Positions 9,057 through 21,509 of a stretch of DNA of 64,000 bases are shown in pieces (within the stretch, counting starts at the first letter, position 1; each line of letters opens with the position of its first letter). The notes under the pieces are model-generated. The model did not search any database. It was not told where the DNA came from and saw only the letters and a program-made list of their open reading frames with translations. A program made the translations under genes and the position numbers. Source of the stretch: Bacteroidales bacterium (lineage in GTDB: Bacteria > Bacteroidota > Bacteroidia > Bacteroidales > WCHB1-69); assembly GCA_017613015.1 (NCBI GenBank), contig JAGAEQ010000073.1, forward strand, positions 109-64,108, written 5' to 3'.

Positions 9057-10289
9057 ATGAAACTGAAAAGATTAGGGATTATCGCCATCGCAGCGCTGCT
9101 GGGCATGCCTGTCATGGCACAAGAGACCCAAAAAGAGGAGAAAGATTCAGGCTATGTGTTCACCGACACCAAGGTGCTTCCCATCACTTCCATCAAGAAC
9201 CAGAACCGCGCGGGTACCTGCTGGTGCTACAGCGGCCTGGCTTTCATTGAGAGTGAGCTGCTCCGCATGAACAAAGGCGAATACGACCTGAGCGAAATGT
9301 ACATTGTGAGCAACACCTACATGGACCGCGCCATGGCGGCTGTCCGCACACACGGCGATGTTTCCTTCGCCCAAGGCGGCTCCTTCTACGATGTGATCTA
9401 CGGCATGGAGCACTTCGGCTTGGTTCCCGAAGAGTGCATGCGCCCCGGTGTCATGTACGGCGACACCCTCTCCAACCATAGCGAGCTTTCCGCCCTGACG
9501 GACGCCATGGTCAAAGCCATCGCCAAAGGCGAGCAGAAGAAACTGCAATCCGACCCCGAAGGCAACATGATGTGGTACAAGGCCGTGCAGGCTGTCCACA
9601 ATGTGTATTTGGGCGTGCCTCCCACGGAATTCACCTACAACGGGAAAAAATACACCCCGAAATCCTTCTATGAGTCCCTGGGTCTGAAAGCGGAGGACTA
9701 CGTGTCCATCACCTCCTACACCCACCATCCCTTCTACGAGAAATTCGTGCTGGAAATCCAGGACAACTGGCGCTGGAGCCAGTGCTACAACGTCCCTCTG
9801 GACGAAATGATGGAGATTTTCGACAACGCCATCGCCAACGGCTACACCATTGCCTGGGGCGCTGATGTGAGCGAAGACGGTTTCAAAAGAGGCATCCGCA
9901 ACGGCTATTGCGTGCTTCCCGACCTGGACGCCACTTCCACAGACAACGCCGGCAGCGACATGGCCCACTGGACCGGACTTAGCAAAGCCGACCGTGCCAA
10001 AGAGGCTTTCATGCATCCGACACCGCAACGCTGGGTGACCCAAGAGGAGCGCCAACTGGGCTACGACAACTGGGAGACCACGGACGACCACGGCATGCTG
10101 ATCTACGGCACTGCCAAGGACCAGACGGGCAACGAATACTACATGGTGAAAAACAGCTGGGGCAAGGTCTATAAATACGACGGCATGTTCTATGTCAGCA
10201 AAGCCTTCGCCCGCTACAAGACCATGAACATCGTCGTCCACAAGGACGCCATTCCGAAAGACATCAAGAAAAAACTCGGAATCAAATAA
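9057..10289 (+). CDS. C1-family cysteine peptidase (aminopeptidase C / bleomycin hydrolase-like) with signal peptide
   Basis: The active-site Cys lies in the context QNRAGTCWCYSGLAF. It also has HGMLIYG and VKNSWG motifs. The N-terminal signal is LLGMPVMAQ. Confidence 0.9.
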   Translation: MKLKRLGIIAIAALLGMPVMAQETQKEEKDSGYVFTDTKVLPITSIKNQNRAGTCWCYSGLAFIESELLRMNKGEYDLSEMYIVSNTYMDRAMAAVRTHGDVSFAQGGSFYDVIYGMEHFGLVPEECMRPGVMYGDTLSNHSELSALTDAMVKAIAKGEQKKLQSDPEGNMMWYKAVQAVHNVYLGVPPTEFTYNGKKYTPKSFYESLGLKAEDYVSITSYTHHPFYEKFVLEIQDNWRWSQCYNVPLDEMMEIFDNAIANGYTIAWGADVSEDGFKRGIRNGYCVLPDLDATSTDNAGSDMAHWTGLSKADRAKEAFMHPTPQRWVTQEERQLGYDNWETTDDHGMLIYGTAKDQTGNEYYMVKNSWGKVYKYDGMFYVSKAFARYKTMNIVVHKDAIPKDIKKKLGIK

Positions 10290-10300
10290 ATAGACTTTAA

Positions 10301-10333
10301 AATCCCGCCGTTTCCACGGCGGGATTTTTTTCT
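10301..10333 (+). terminator. Rho-independent terminator after the C1 peptidase gene
   Basis: 10-bp stem AATCCCGCCG / CGGCGGGATT with a 6-nt loop, followed by TTTTTTTC. Confidence 0.8.
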
Positions 10334-10377
10334 TCGGTATTTTTTTGGAAAATCCATTTTCGTATTGGAATTTTGAC

Positions 10378-10385
10378 TACTTTTG
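10378..10385 (+). promoter_or_regulatory. -7 promoter element TACTTTTG
   Basis: Exact consensus match, 74 nt upstream of the rpmH ATG. Confidence 0.45.
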
Positions 10386-10458
10386 CACTCCGGTTTTCAG
10401 CAGGGATGCTGGACCGGTTTCGAGTAAACGAAGAGTAACGAATCTAATTATTTGAGCG

Positions 10459-10620
10459 ATGAAAAGAACATATCAACCGTCTGTCCGGAGAAGAAAGAAC
10501 AAACATGGGTTCAGGGAAAGAATGTCCACCGCCAATGGCAGAAGGGTTTTAGCCGCCCGTCGCGCTAAAGGCAGAAGGAAACTGACCGTTTCAGACGAGA
10601 AATTAGGCAAGAAATTTTAG
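10459..10620 (+). CDS. rpmH: 50S ribosomal protein L34
   Basis: Hand translation gives [53 protein letters not shown] (53 aa), the canonical L34 sequence. It is absent from the ORF track because it is under 60 aa. Confidence 0.9.
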   Translation: MKRTYQPSVRRRKNKHGFRERMSTANGRRVLAARRAKGRRKLTVSDEKLGKKF

Positions 10621-10641
10621 TTTTTATTGTTGTTTGATACC

Positions 10642-10682
10642 AAGAGCGGATAGACGCATGCGCCTATCCGCTCTTCTTTTTT
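10642..10682 (+). terminator. Rho-independent terminator after rpmH
   Basis: 12-bp stem AAGAGCGGATAG / CTATCCGCTCTT followed by CTTTTTT. The T-tract runs into the purL stop codon on the opposite strand. Confidence 0.75.
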
Positions 10683-13600
10683 ACCTGGAGGAATGCTTGT
10701 CCTCCAGCCACTTCCTTGCGTTTACGAATGCCTCTATCCAGGGAGACACGCTGTCCTTGGCGCGGTCTTCCGCATAATACGCCCATTGCCAAGGGAATAT
10801 CGCGCGTTCCAAGTGAGGCATCATGGCCAGATGACGGCCATCGGCACTGCAAATGGCCGCCGCGTTGAAAGCGGAACCGTTCGGGTTGCCCGGATAGGCT
10901 GAATAACTGTATTTCATCGGAATGTGGTAACGGCCTTCGGTGTAGGGGAAGTGGAACTTGCCTTCGCCATGCGCCACCCAAATGCCCAAGCGGCTGCCCG
11001 CTAAGCCGGAAAGCATCACGGAATGGTTTTCCACCACATTCACATTCACGAAGGCCGACTCAAACTTGTGGGAGTCGTTGTGCAGCATGCGGGGACGCTC
11101 CTCGTGCTCCGGATACAGCAGCCCCAGCTCCACCATGAGCTGGCAACCGTTGCAGACCCCCAAACTCAGGGTGTCCTCCCGGGCGAAGAAGTTTTGCAGC
11201 GCGGTATGGGCCTGCGGATTGTAAATGAAGGAACCGGCCCAGCCTTTGGCGGAACCGAGCACGTCGGAATAGGAGAAACCGCCCGGAAAAACGAGCATGG
11301 AGATTTCTTCCAGATTTTCACGGCCTTCCATCAGGTCGCTGATATGCACATCCTTCACCTCGAAACCGGCCAGATACAGCGAATAGGCCATCTCCCGGTC
11401 TCCGTTGGTGCCCTGTTCGCGAAGAATGGCAGCCTTTTCGCGGCGGCGGACCGGTGCCAGGCTTCCCGTGAAGGTGGCGGGGAAGCGGTAGCACAGCTGC
11501 TGGCTCTTGTAGTTGTCGTAACGCTCCTGCGCTTTGGTTTCCCCGGACTGCTTGCAATCCAAGAGGTAAGAGGTCTCGTACCAAATGTCACGGTAGGTGT
11601 CCACGAGCAAGGTATGCCGTTTTCCGTCAATGGTCAAGCCAAGCTGCGGATGGTGATGTTCCGTGTTCGGATGTCCGAGCAGATAGGCTTTCATGCCTTG
11701 TTTCTGCAAGAATTCCAATACATTATCCGAACGGCGCACTTGCAGCAGCACGGCCGGGTTCTCGGCAAACAGCTGTTTTTCGAAGGGGGCCTTGGGCAGA
11801 TGCTCCAGTGTGGCCTCCAGACTGAGGGTGTCGTCGGCAAAGCACATTTCCAACATGGCTGTCATCAGACCGCCTGCAGACACATCGTGTCCGGCCAGCA
11901 CCTTGCCTTCGGTAACCAGCTGCTGCACCGCCTGGAAAGCCTTGCGGAAATAGTCCGCGTCCCGCACCGTCGGAGCTTCGGAACCCAAGCGGCTGTACAC
12001 CTGTGCATACACGCTTCCGCCTAATTTCCAATCATCTGCGGAAAAGTCCACATACAGCAGTTCGGTGTCTTTTTCAGTGCGCAGCACCGGCGAAACGGTT
12101 TTCTTCACATCCGACACCTCGCCCATGGCAGTGATAATCACGGTGCCGGGCGCGTACACCACTTCCCCGTCCTTGTATTTCTGGGTCATGGACAAGGAAT
12201 CCTTGCCCGTCGGGATGTTGATGCCCAAGGCGCGGGCGAAGCGGGAAGCCGCCTCCACCGCCTGGTACAGACGGGCGTCCTCCCCTTTGTTCTTGCAGGG
12301 CCACATCCAGTTGGCGCTCAGCGAAACACTATCCAAACCGCCGTCCAATGGAGCCCACACGATGTTGGTCAGGGCTTCGGCTATGGACAGGACGGAACCG
12401 GAAGCGGCGTCAATCAGACCGGCCATGGGCGCATGACCCAAAGCCGTGGCGATACCGTGTTCGCCACGATAGTCCAAAGCCATCACCCCCACATCGTTCA
12501 AAGGGAGCTGCAAAGGTCCGCAGCACTGCTGTTTCGCCACCTTGCCGGTGACGGAGCGGTCCACCTTGTTGGTCAGCCAGTCCTTGCAGGCCACGCTTTC
12601 CATGCGCAGCACCTTCTCCAATATTTCCGGCAGGGACTCCGCCTGTTCCGGCACATCGCGCCAGACCGTCCGCACGCTTTCGTCCCGGATGATGGTTTTC
12701 GGGGGGTTACCCAGCATGTCGGCAACGGCCAAGTCAATGGGATTGCCCTCTTTGCTGGTGAACAGCATGCGGTGGTCGTCCGAAGCCTCACCCACCACAT
12801 ACATGGGGGAACGCTCCCTGCGGGCCGCACGCTCCAAGGACGGGAGGTCCTTTTCCCTTATCAGCAGTCCCATACGCTCCTGGGACTCATTGCCTATGAT
12901 TTCCTTGGCAGACAAAGTGGGGTCGCCGACCGGCAATTTTTCAATGTCCACTTTTCCGCCGCAATCCTCTATCAGTTCGGACAAGCAGTTCAGATGCCCG
13001 CCCGCGCCGTGGTCGTGCAGGGAGACAATGGGGTTTTCCGTCCGCTCGGCCATGGCCCGCAAGGCATTGAACACCCGTTTCTGCATCTCCGGATTGGAAC
13101 GCTGCACGGCATTCAGCTCAATGGACGAGGCGTATTCGCCGGTAGCCACCGAAGAGACCGCGCCGCCGCCCATACCAATGCGATAGTTGTCGCCGCCCAG
13201 CACCACCATCTTCTCCCCTTTCTCGGGTTGCTGCTTGATGGCATGCCGCTTGTTGGCGAAACCGACGCCGCCCGCCAGCATAATCACTTTGTCGTAGCCG
13301 TAGTTCTTCCCGTTCTCCTGATGCTCGAAGGTGAGCAGAGAGCCGGTAATCAGGGGCTGGCCGAACTTGTTGCCGAAATCGCTGGCCCCGTTGGAGGCCT
13401 TGATCAGAATCTGCTCCGGGGTCTGATACAGCCAGGGGCGAGGAGCCAGGGTTTCCTCCCACAGACGCAGGGAGTCCAAACGCGGATAGGAAGTCATGTA
13501 CACGGCGGTGCCGGCCATGGGAATGCTACCCACGCCACCGCCCATACGGTCGCGGATTTCCCCTCCGGAGCCTGTCGCTGCGCCGTTGAAAGGCTCCACC

Positions 13601-14385
13601 GTCGTCGGGAAATTGTGGGTCTCCGCTTTCAGCGAAAGCACCGTCTCCACCTCCTTCTCCTCAAAATAATCCGGCTTGTCCGCCGTTTTGGGCGCGAACT
13701 GCATCGCCTTGGGACCTTGCACAAAGGCCACATTGTCCTTGTAGGCGGACACGATGCGGTTCGGATGCTCCTGGGATGTCTGCTTGATCATCTGGAAAAG
13801 GGAGTAGGGTTTCTGATCTCCGTCAATGATATAGGTTCCTCCAAAAATCTTATGGCGGCAATGCTCCGAATTCACCTGGGAAAAACCGAAGACTTCGGAA
13901 TCCGTCAGCTTGCGTCCGATTTTGGCGGAAAGCCGCTCCAAATACTGTATTTCCTCTTCGCTCAAGGCCAAACCTTCGGAAAGCGTATACGCCCGCAAGT
14001 CATCGATGTGGCGTATGGGCTCCGGTTCGGCCTCTATACGGAAGACGTCTTGGTTCAGCTGCTGATAAACCTGCTGAAGCATAGGGTCATAGGTTCTCCT
14101 TGCCTGCGCAAGGGCCTCCGCTTCGGAAGCCGCCTCCACGTGCCGGAACAGCTCCATACGGACAATCCCCTTCACGCCCATGTTGCGGGTGATGTCCACC
14201 GCATTCGTGCTCCATGGCGTAATCATCTCCCTGCGGGGACCGATATACACCCCATGCAGGGTGTCCGCGTCCTGTTTGACCGCACCGGAAAAAAGCCAGG
14301 ACAGCCTTTCTTCCTCTTCGGGAGAAAATGCATTCTGAGATTCAACGACATACATTAATTGGTCTTGTTGAAAACAGGTAATCAT
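10681..14385 (-). CDS. purL: Phosphoribosylformylglycinamidine synthase (single-chain large PurL)
   Basis: 1234 aa from the ATG at 14385 (MITCFQQDQLMYVVES). It has AIR-synthase-like repeats and a C-terminal glutaminase domain (LGVCNGCQ). The start could be a few codons off. Confidence 0.97.
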   Translation of the reverse strand: MITCFQQDQLMYVVESQNAFSPEEEERLSWLFSGAVKQDADTLHGVYIGPRREMITPWSTNAVDITRNMGVKGIVRMELFRHVEAASEAEALAQARRTYDPMLQQVYQQLNQDVFRIEAEPEPIRHIDDLRAYTLSEGLALSEEEIQYLERLSAKIGRKLTDSEVFGFSQVNSEHCRHKIFGGTYIIDGDQKPYSLFQMIKQTSQEHPNRIVSAYKDNVAFVQGPKAMQFAPKTADKPDYFEEKEVETVLSLKAETHNFPTTVEPFNGAATGSGGEIRDRMGGGVGSIPMAGTAVYMTSYPRLDSLRLWEETLAPRPWLYQTPEQILIKASNGASDFGNKFGQPLITGSLLTFEHQENGKNYGYDKVIMLAGGVGFANKRHAIKQQPEKGEKMVVLGGDNYRIGMGGGAVSSVATGEYASSIELNAVQRSNPEMQKRVFNALRAMAERTENPIVSLHDHGAGGHLNCLSELIEDCGGKVDIEKLPVGDPTLSAKEIIGNESQERMGLLIREKDLPSLERAARRERSPMYVVGEASDDHRMLFTSKEGNPIDLAVADMLGNPPKTIIRDESVRTVWRDVPEQAESLPEILEKVLRMESVACKDWLTNKVDRSVTGKVAKQQCCGPLQLPLNDVGVMALDYRGEHGIATALGHAPMAGLIDAASGSVLSIAEALTNIVWAPLDGGLDSVSLSANWMWPCKNKGEDARLYQAVEAASRFARALGINIPTGKDSLSMTQKYKDGEVVYAPGTVIITAMGEVSDVKKTVSPVLRTEKDTELLYVDFSADDWKLGGSVYAQVYSRLGSEAPTVRDADYFRKAFQAVQQLVTEGKVLAGHDVSAGGLMTAMLEMCFADDTLSLEATLEHLPKAPFEKQLFAENPAVLLQVRRSDNVLEFLQKQGMKAYLLGHPNTEHHHPQLGLTIDGKRHTLLVDTYRDIWYETSYLLDCKQSGETKAQERYDNYKSQQLCYRFPATFTGSLAPVRRREKAAILREQGTNGDREMAYSLYLAGFEVKDVHISDLMEGRENLEEISMLVFPGGFSYSDVLGSAKGWAGSFIYNPQAHTALQNFFAREDTLSLGVCNGCQLMVELGLLYPEHEERPRMLHNDSHKFESAFVNVNVVENHSVMLSGLAGSRLGIWVAHGEGKFHFPYTEGRYHIPMKYSYSAYPGNPNGSAFNAAAICSADGRHLAMMPHLERAIFPWQWAYYAEDRAKDSVSPWIEAFVNARKWLEDKHSSR

Positions 14386-14415
14386 ACAGCTTTTGTTTTT
14401 AACTTGTTGAAACTG

Positions 14416-14423
14416 CAAAGGTA
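14416..14423 (-). promoter_or_regulatory. -7 promoter element TACCTTTG (minus strand)
   Basis: The plus strand reads CAAAGGTA, 31 nt upstream of the purL ATG. Confidence 0.45.
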
Positions 14424-14525
14424 CAAAAAAATCCCCAAGTCCCCGCCCCGACGAGCCGCAAAAAGTTGCGTTTCCTTTCGAAAAGATTCCTGCGCCCCCC
14501 GTGTCCGTTTTCCGCGTTTTTTGTT

Positions 14526-14533
14526 TACCTTTG
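14526..14533 (+). promoter_or_regulatory. -7 promoter element TACCTTTG
   Basis: Exact TAnnTTTG match, 22 nt upstream of the dtd ATG. Confidence 0.45.
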
Positions 14534-14554
14534 TAATTGTAAACATATTGTCAG

Positions 14555-15019
14555 ATGAGAGTTGTTATTCAAAGGGTTACGCACGCATCCGTACGCATTG
14601 CGGGCGAAACGGCGGCGGGAATCGGTCCCGGCATGTTGCTGTTGGTCGGTATCGCTCCGGAGGACAGCATGGAGGATATTGACTATATCTGCCGAAAAAT
14701 CATTTCCTTGCGCATTTTCAACGATGCCAAGGGCGTGATGAACTTAGACATCCGTACCGTAAACGGAGAATGCTTAGCGGTCAGTCAGTTCACCCTGTTT
14801 GCGGACACCCGGAAAGGGAACCGGCCTTTCTACGGGGGAGCGGCCGGGCCCGAAAAGGCGGCACCGCTGTACAAACGTTTTGTCGAACATCTGCAAACGC
14901 TGCTGGGGCGTAGCGTCCCGAGCGGAACCTTCGGGGCCGACATGCAGGTGGAGCTCTGCAACGACGGTCCGGTGACCATTCTGCTGGACTCAAAAGCGCG
15001 GGAAGTTGAAAAACACTAA
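14555..15019 (+). CDS. dtd: D-aminoacyl-tRNA deacylase
   Basis: Starts MRVVIQRV, then LLLVGI, SQFTL and a GNRP-containing motif. 154 aa. Confidence 0.93.
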   Translation: MRVVIQRVTHASVRIAGETAAGIGPGMLLLVGIAPEDSMEDIDYICRKIISLRIFNDAKGVMNLDIRTVNGECLAVSQFTLFADTRKGNRPFYGGAAGPEKAAPLYKRFVEHLQTLLGRSVPSGTFGADMQVELCNDGPVTILLDSKAREVEKH

Positions 15020-15045
15020 CATAGTAAATTAACAAAGATTGCATT

Positions 15046-16896
15046 ATGAAACGAATAGGTTTTATTCTCTTGTGCTTGGCATGCTCGGCGGCGGCACAGG
15101 CGCAAAGCGATTCCGCGACACCCACCGTCTACTGGGTGCAGTTCGCCAACAAATACCAATCCCCTTATTCCGTGGAACATCCGGAGGCTTTTCTCTCCCC
15201 TTTGGCCATTGAAAAACGGCAGCGGGCGGGCATTCCCGTCACGGAGGAGGATTTTCCGGTCAATCCGGAGTACGTGCGGAGGGTCAAGGCATTGGACACT
15301 TCGCTGCGCGTACTGAACACTTCGCGGTGGATGAACAGCATCACCGTTTACAGCGCCAAGCCCGGCATTCAGGAAGCCATTCAGGCCTTGGGCTGCGTGG
15401 GCGTTTGCGAGCGCACCGCCACCCTGAAGCAGCCGGAACCCGACACGGCGGCTTACCGTTTTTCCGGTTTTCCCGAACGACCCACAACCCACGCCGCCCC
15501 CATGCAGTACGATTACGGGGAGGCCTTGGCGCAAGTGCGGCTGAATAACACCCACTGGCTGCACCGCATGGGCTACAACGGAGAAGGCATGCGGATAGCG
15601 GTGCTGGACGGCGGGTTCAAGAACGCGGACAGCATACGGCACTTCCAATACCTGCGCGAAAGCGGACGTGTCAAAGCCGTGCGCAATTTCGCCCAGACTT
15701 ACGCCAACCCGTTCCGGGAGGGAAACCACGGCACCTACGTGCTCAGCTGCATCGCCGCCTACCTTCCGGGAGAGCTTGTCGGAACCGCGCCCATGGCAGA
15801 CATTTACCTGGCGCAGACCGAGGACAACCGCATGGAGGCCCTTGTGGAGGAAGACAACTGGATTGCAGGGGTCGAATGGGCGGACAGCATCGGCTGTGAC
15901 GTGCTCACCTCCTCCCTCAGCTATTCCACTTTCGACGACTCGACAAACAACCACACCTACGCCCAAACCGACGGCAAAAGCAGCCGCGCAAGCCGGGCGG
16001 CCCGCATGGCGGCGGAACGCAACCTGCTGCTGTGCAACAGCGCGGGCAACCAAGGCATGGGCAAATGGAAATTCGTGGGCTTCCCCTCCGACGCCATCGG
16101 CATTGTGACGGTCGGGGCGGTGGCCCCTAACGGGAAGTCCGCGCCCTTTTCCTCCAAAGGCCCCACCGCCGACGGACGCATCAAACCGGACGCCTGCGCC
16201 GTGGGCTGGGAAACGCGGGTGGGCGCGCCCTGGAACAAAACCATCAAAAGCAGCGGCACCTCTTTCTCCACGCCTTTGATGGCGGGCATGCTCTGCTGCC
16301 TGCGGCAGGCCTTCCCCCTTGCCTCCACGGACGAACTGATTGAAGCGCTGCACGAAAGCGGCAGCCATTACGCCACACCGGACTCCTCCTACGGCTACGG
16401 CATCCCCGATTTGCTGGAAGCCTATAACCTATTGGGAAACAAGCATAATGACACCTCTCTCGTCAGTGCGGTCTTCCCTGGCCATACCGCCACCGGCACT
16501 TCGTACTCCTTTTATCTCCGCGTAAAAAAGGCATGCAGCATTGACATACACGGCACAAGCAACAGCTCGCCAGATACAATTACTGGAATTCAAGAGGCAT
16601 GCGGCATTTTTATCAAAAAATGCAAACCGGGCACTCACCGCATTGATGTGAAACTGCCGGACTTAGATTCCGACAAACAATGGGACGTACTGATTATAAA
16701 CATTGCAAGCTATTCCGAACCACTAAAGCGGCATGGTAAAACGGCAACGAAAAAACCGACAACTGCCTGTGCCACCCACGTCCTTGGAATAGACAAGGAA
16801 ACTCCTGTACTGCAAAGGAATACAGAAACTCCTTCCTACACAAAACGCCACGTGCTGAATCTTTCGCACCTCGGCAAACTGGAAATACGCCGATAG
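15046..16896 (+). CDS. S8 family (subtilisin-like) serine peptidase, secreted
   Basis: Signal peptide LLCLACSAAAQAQ. The catalytic triad contexts are AVLDGGF (Asp), HGTYVLS (His) and SGTSFSTPLMAG (Ser). The C-terminal ~150 aa are atypical (see findings). Confidence 0.9.
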   Translation: MKRIGFILLCLACSAAAQAQSDSATPTVYWVQFANKYQSPYSVEHPEAFLSPLAIEKRQRAGIPVTEEDFPVNPEYVRRVKALDTSLRVLNTSRWMNSITVYSAKPGIQEAIQALGCVGVCERTATLKQPEPDTAAYRFSGFPERPTTHAAPMQYDYGEALAQVRLNNTHWLHRMGYNGEGMRIAVLDGGFKNADSIRHFQYLRESGRVKAVRNFAQTYANPFREGNHGTYVLSCIAAYLPGELVGTAPMADIYLAQTEDNRMEALVEEDNWIAGVEWADSIGCDVLTSSLSYSTFDDSTNNHTYAQTDGKSSRASRAARMAAERNLLLCNSAGNQGMGKWKFVGFPSDAIGIVTVGAVAPNGKSAPFSSKGPTADGRIKPDACAVGWETRVGAPWNKTIKSSGTSFSTPLMAGMLCCLRQAFPLASTDELIEALHESGSHYATPDSSYGYGIPDLLEAYNLLGNKHNDTSLVSAVFPGHTATGTSYSFYLRVKKACSIDIHGTSNSSPDTITGIQEACGIFIKKCKPGTHRIDVKLPDLDSDKQWDVLIINIASYSEPLKRHGKTATKKPTTACATHVLGIDKETPVLQRNTETPSYTKRHVLNLSHLGKLEIRR

Positions 16897-16911
16897 GCTT
16901 TCCGGAAGGCA

Positions 16912-19056
<2,145 letters not shown>

Positions 19057-19062
19057 TTACGC

Positions 19063-19464
19063 ATGACACCGGACCAAACAACGACCTCCGCTTTCGAGCC
19101 AATCCGCCTGCGCCTGCGGGAAAACCGCTCCGTGCGCCTTACGGTGCGAAGTGACGGCATGCGCCCCTTTCTGCAAAAAGACCGGGACGCCGTGGTACTA
19201 AGCCCTGTTCCGGCGGATTTTGCCTTCCGCAAAGGCGATGTGGTGGCACTGGCCCATACGGACGGTTTCCGCCTGCTCCGCGTCATGCAGGCGCAAGGGA
19301 AAGAGCTGTGGCTCAAGGAAGATGCACAAGAGAAAATAGAAAAAATCTCCGCCCCGGAAATCGAGGCCTGGGTCAGCTGCCTGCAATGCGCCAACGGACG
19401 CCGAATCCGCAGCCGCTCCGCCTTATGGAAGTTCCGGAGCCTGAGAAGCAGGCTGTTCCGATAA
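19063..19464 (+). CDS. Hypothetical protein, S24/S26 peptidase-like fold without the catalytic Ser motif
   Basis: 133 aa from [22 protein letters not shown]...FRKGDVVAL resembles the GxSMxP...GD(I/V)V pattern of the LexA/signal-peptidase fold, but SM is replaced by GM. The 3' end overlaps the convergent ABC ATPase gene by 42 nt. Confidence 0.5.
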   Translation: MTPDQTTTSAFEPIRLRLRENRSVRLTVRSDGMRPFLQKDRDAVVLSPVPADFAFRKGDVVALAHTDGFRLLRVMQAQGKELWLKEDAQEKIEKISAPEIEAWVSCLQCANGRRIRSRSALWKFRSLRSRLFR

Positions 19465-20106
19465 ACGGCCGTCGGCCATGAAAAGGGTGCGGTCGGCCAT
19501 TTCCGCCAATTGCGGGTTATGGGTCACAATGACAAAGGTTTGCTTCAACTGGTCACGCAGCTGCAAAAACAGCTGATGCAGCTCGCGGGCGTTCTCCGTG
19601 TCCAGATTGCCGGACGGCTCGTCCGCGAAAACCACCGAAGGGTGGTTGACCAAGGCCCGCGCCACCGCCACGCGCTGCTGCTCCCCTCCGGAAAGTTCGT
19701 GGGGTTTGTGCCGCGCCCGGTCCGACAGACGGAACAGCTCCAGCAGCCGCTCCGCCTCCGTTTCCGCCTCCTTGCGCGTGCGGCCTGCAATCAAAGCGGG
19801 AAGGCAGATGTTTTCCAAGGCCGTGAACTCCGGCAGCAGGTGATGAAACTGGAAAATAAAGCCGATGTGGCGGTTACGGAAAGCCGCCAAGGAAGTGGCG
19901 CCCATGCGGAAGACATCCGTGCCGTCAATCAGCACCCGGCCCCGGTCCGGCACGTCCAAAGTGCCCATAATGTGCAGCAAGGTGGATTTTCCGGCACCGG
20001 AAGCACCCATCAGACAAAGGGCCTCGCCGGTCCTGACCTCAAGGGAGACCCCTTTCAGCACCGTGAGGTTCCCATAGGATTTCTGGAGATTCTCTACCTG
20101 TATCAT
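19423..20106 (-). CDS. ABC transporter ATP-binding protein (LolD/MacB-type)
   Basis: 227 aa from [12 protein letters not shown]. It has Walker [10 protein letters not shown], the signature [15 protein letters not shown] and Walker [13 protein letters not shown]. Confidence 0.9.
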   Translation of the reverse strand: MIQVENLQKSYGNLTVLKGVSLEVRTGEALCLMGASGAGKSTLLHIMGTLDVPDRGRVLIDGTDVFRMGATSLAAFRNRHIGFIFQFHHLLPEFTALENICLPALIAGRTRKEAETEAERLLELFRLSDRARHKPHELSGGEQQRVAVARALVNHPSVVFADEPSGNLDTENARELHQLFLQLRDQLKQTFVIVTHNPQLAEMADRTLFMADGRLSEQPASQAPELP

Positions 20107-20122
20107 TGAAGCGATAAAAATG

Positions 20123-20130
20123 CAAAAATA
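20123..20130 (-). promoter_or_regulatory. -7 promoter element TATTTTTG (minus strand)
   Basis: The plus strand reads CAAAAATA, 17 nt upstream of the ATG at 20106. Confidence 0.4.
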
Positions 20131-20182
20131 GTCAAAAAAACATTCGGACGGGCCATCTTCCATCCGTTTTGGCCCGAAGGAA

Positions 20183-21244
20183 TCACACTTCCGTCAAAAA
20201 GCGCAGGGTGTCGATGCCGTTGGCGTACTGGGAGAGGGCAGGATGCTGTGTGCGGCCCAGAGGCACGGTTTCCAACGGCGCGGGCAAATGGGTGGCCACG
20301 CATTGGACGGCCTCGGAACGCAGGGGTTCCCACACTTTTTCCACTTCGGTATAGTGCTCGTAATGCACCACGCCTATCGGAGAAGCGATGGAAGCCTCGG
20401 CTTTGAACATACACAAGCCCTGGTCCAGAAAAGGAATGCTGTTGATCAGATGCACCGTTTTCTGGTACTCCAGATTGTTGAGGTAGGAATGATGCGCGCC
20501 CAGCAGGGGGCGGTAGGCCTCCATGCTTTGGAAAAGCGGCGTGAAGTCGTATCCTTCAGGCACATACACCTTGGACACATTGCGGCATCCCATGCCGAAA
20601 TACAGGCAGATGTCCGCAGCCAGGCCTTGCAGCTCCGCCGCGCTCTCCTTGCCGTCCAAGACTGCCACGCCATTGCAGTGCCCCCGAAAAACATGGGGCT
20701 TGTTCCCAAAATAATGCTCAAAATAACGGGTGGAGTTGTTGCTTCCAGTCGCAATCACCGCATCCACCGCGCCAAGACGGTCTTGCGTCAGCTCGACACG
20801 GGAGGCGGCTTCCGGAGAAACGACGGCCAGCATTTCCACAAGCAGCGGCCATAAACGGGTGTCGTGGGAGGACATTTTCCCCACAAACACATCACCCGCC
20901 ATAAAGACACACAGCAAATCGTGGGAAGCCACCAAGGGGATGTTCCCCGCCATGATGACCCCCACGCGGTGTGTTTCGGTTTTGGCTTCCAAAACCGGGC
21001 GGTACGACGCTATCCAACGCGCCAAGGCCTGCCCGTCCTCCCCGAGCAGCATGTCCGCTATGGCTTCGGCGGCACTCCGCACGAACTCCGGGACAAACCA
21101 GGAATGGTGGAAATGTTCCCGCTCTACGGCTTCCTCCCATTTTTCCCAAAGCGGGCGAAGTTCAGAGGGAAGGTCTTTCTTGTCTTTGGTTTTAAGCAGT
21201 TTAGCTAATCCCTGCACTGTTTTTATCCGTTCCTCTATGCGCAT
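20183..21244 (-). CDS. Acyl-CoA reductase (LuxC family)
   Basis: 353 aa from MRIEERIK. The overall pattern ([34 protein letters not shown]) matches the Bacteroidetes LuxC-like family. Confidence 0.8.
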   Translation of the reverse strand: MRIEERIKTVQGLAKLLKTKDKKDLPSELRPLWEKWEEAVEREHFHHSWFVPEFVRSAAEAIADMLLGEDGQALARWIASYRPVLEAKTETHRVGVIMAGNIPLVASHDLLCVFMAGDVFVGKMSSHDTRLWPLLVEMLAVVSPEAASRVELTQDRLGAVDAVIATGSNNSTRYFEHYFGNKPHVFRGHCNGVAVLDGKESAAELQGLAADICLYFGMGCRNVSKVYVPEGYDFTPLFQSMEAYRPLLGAHHSYLNNLEYQKTVHLINSIPFLDQGLCMFKAEASIASPIGVVHYEHYTEVEKVWEPLRSEAVQCVATHLPAPLETVPLGRTQHPALSQYANGIDTLRFLTEV

Positions 21245-21476
21245 GTCTCCTTGTTTTGTATGCCTTTGCAAATGTCTGCAAAATTGGAATACGAAAGCTA
21301 TGGAATACGTATTTTTTTCATTACGCCACAGGGGAATGTATGGGAAATTAAAACCATGCGGGCGTTTTTTCCCTGCACGGCCTTCTTCAAATCGGAATTT
21401 ATTTGCTTTTTTGCCCCGCCGCTTCGGCGACGAAAATAAATAAAGGCAAAACGGGGAATCCCGTCCGGATTTTGTT

Positions 21477-21484
21477 TATCTTTG
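21477..21484 (+). promoter_or_regulatory. -7 promoter element TATCTTTG
   Basis: Exact consensus match, 26 nt upstream of the ATG at 21510. Confidence 0.45.
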
Positions 21485-21509
21485 TAGTTTGGAATTTTTA
21501 TGGGAGTTT

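Noticed and set aside
9147-10241. 364-aa minus-strand ORF
   Set aside because: Antisense to the C1 peptidase gene, with no motif.
12433-14358. 641-aa plus-strand ORF
   Set aside because: Entirely antisense to purL. It has a His/Arg/Gly/Leu-rich low-information sequence, the typical shadow ORF of a high-GC gene.
15016-16368. 450-aa minus-strand ORF
   Set aside because: Antisense to the S8 peptidase, which has a clear Asp/His/Ser triad. The ORF is Gly/Ala/Arg/Val-rich.
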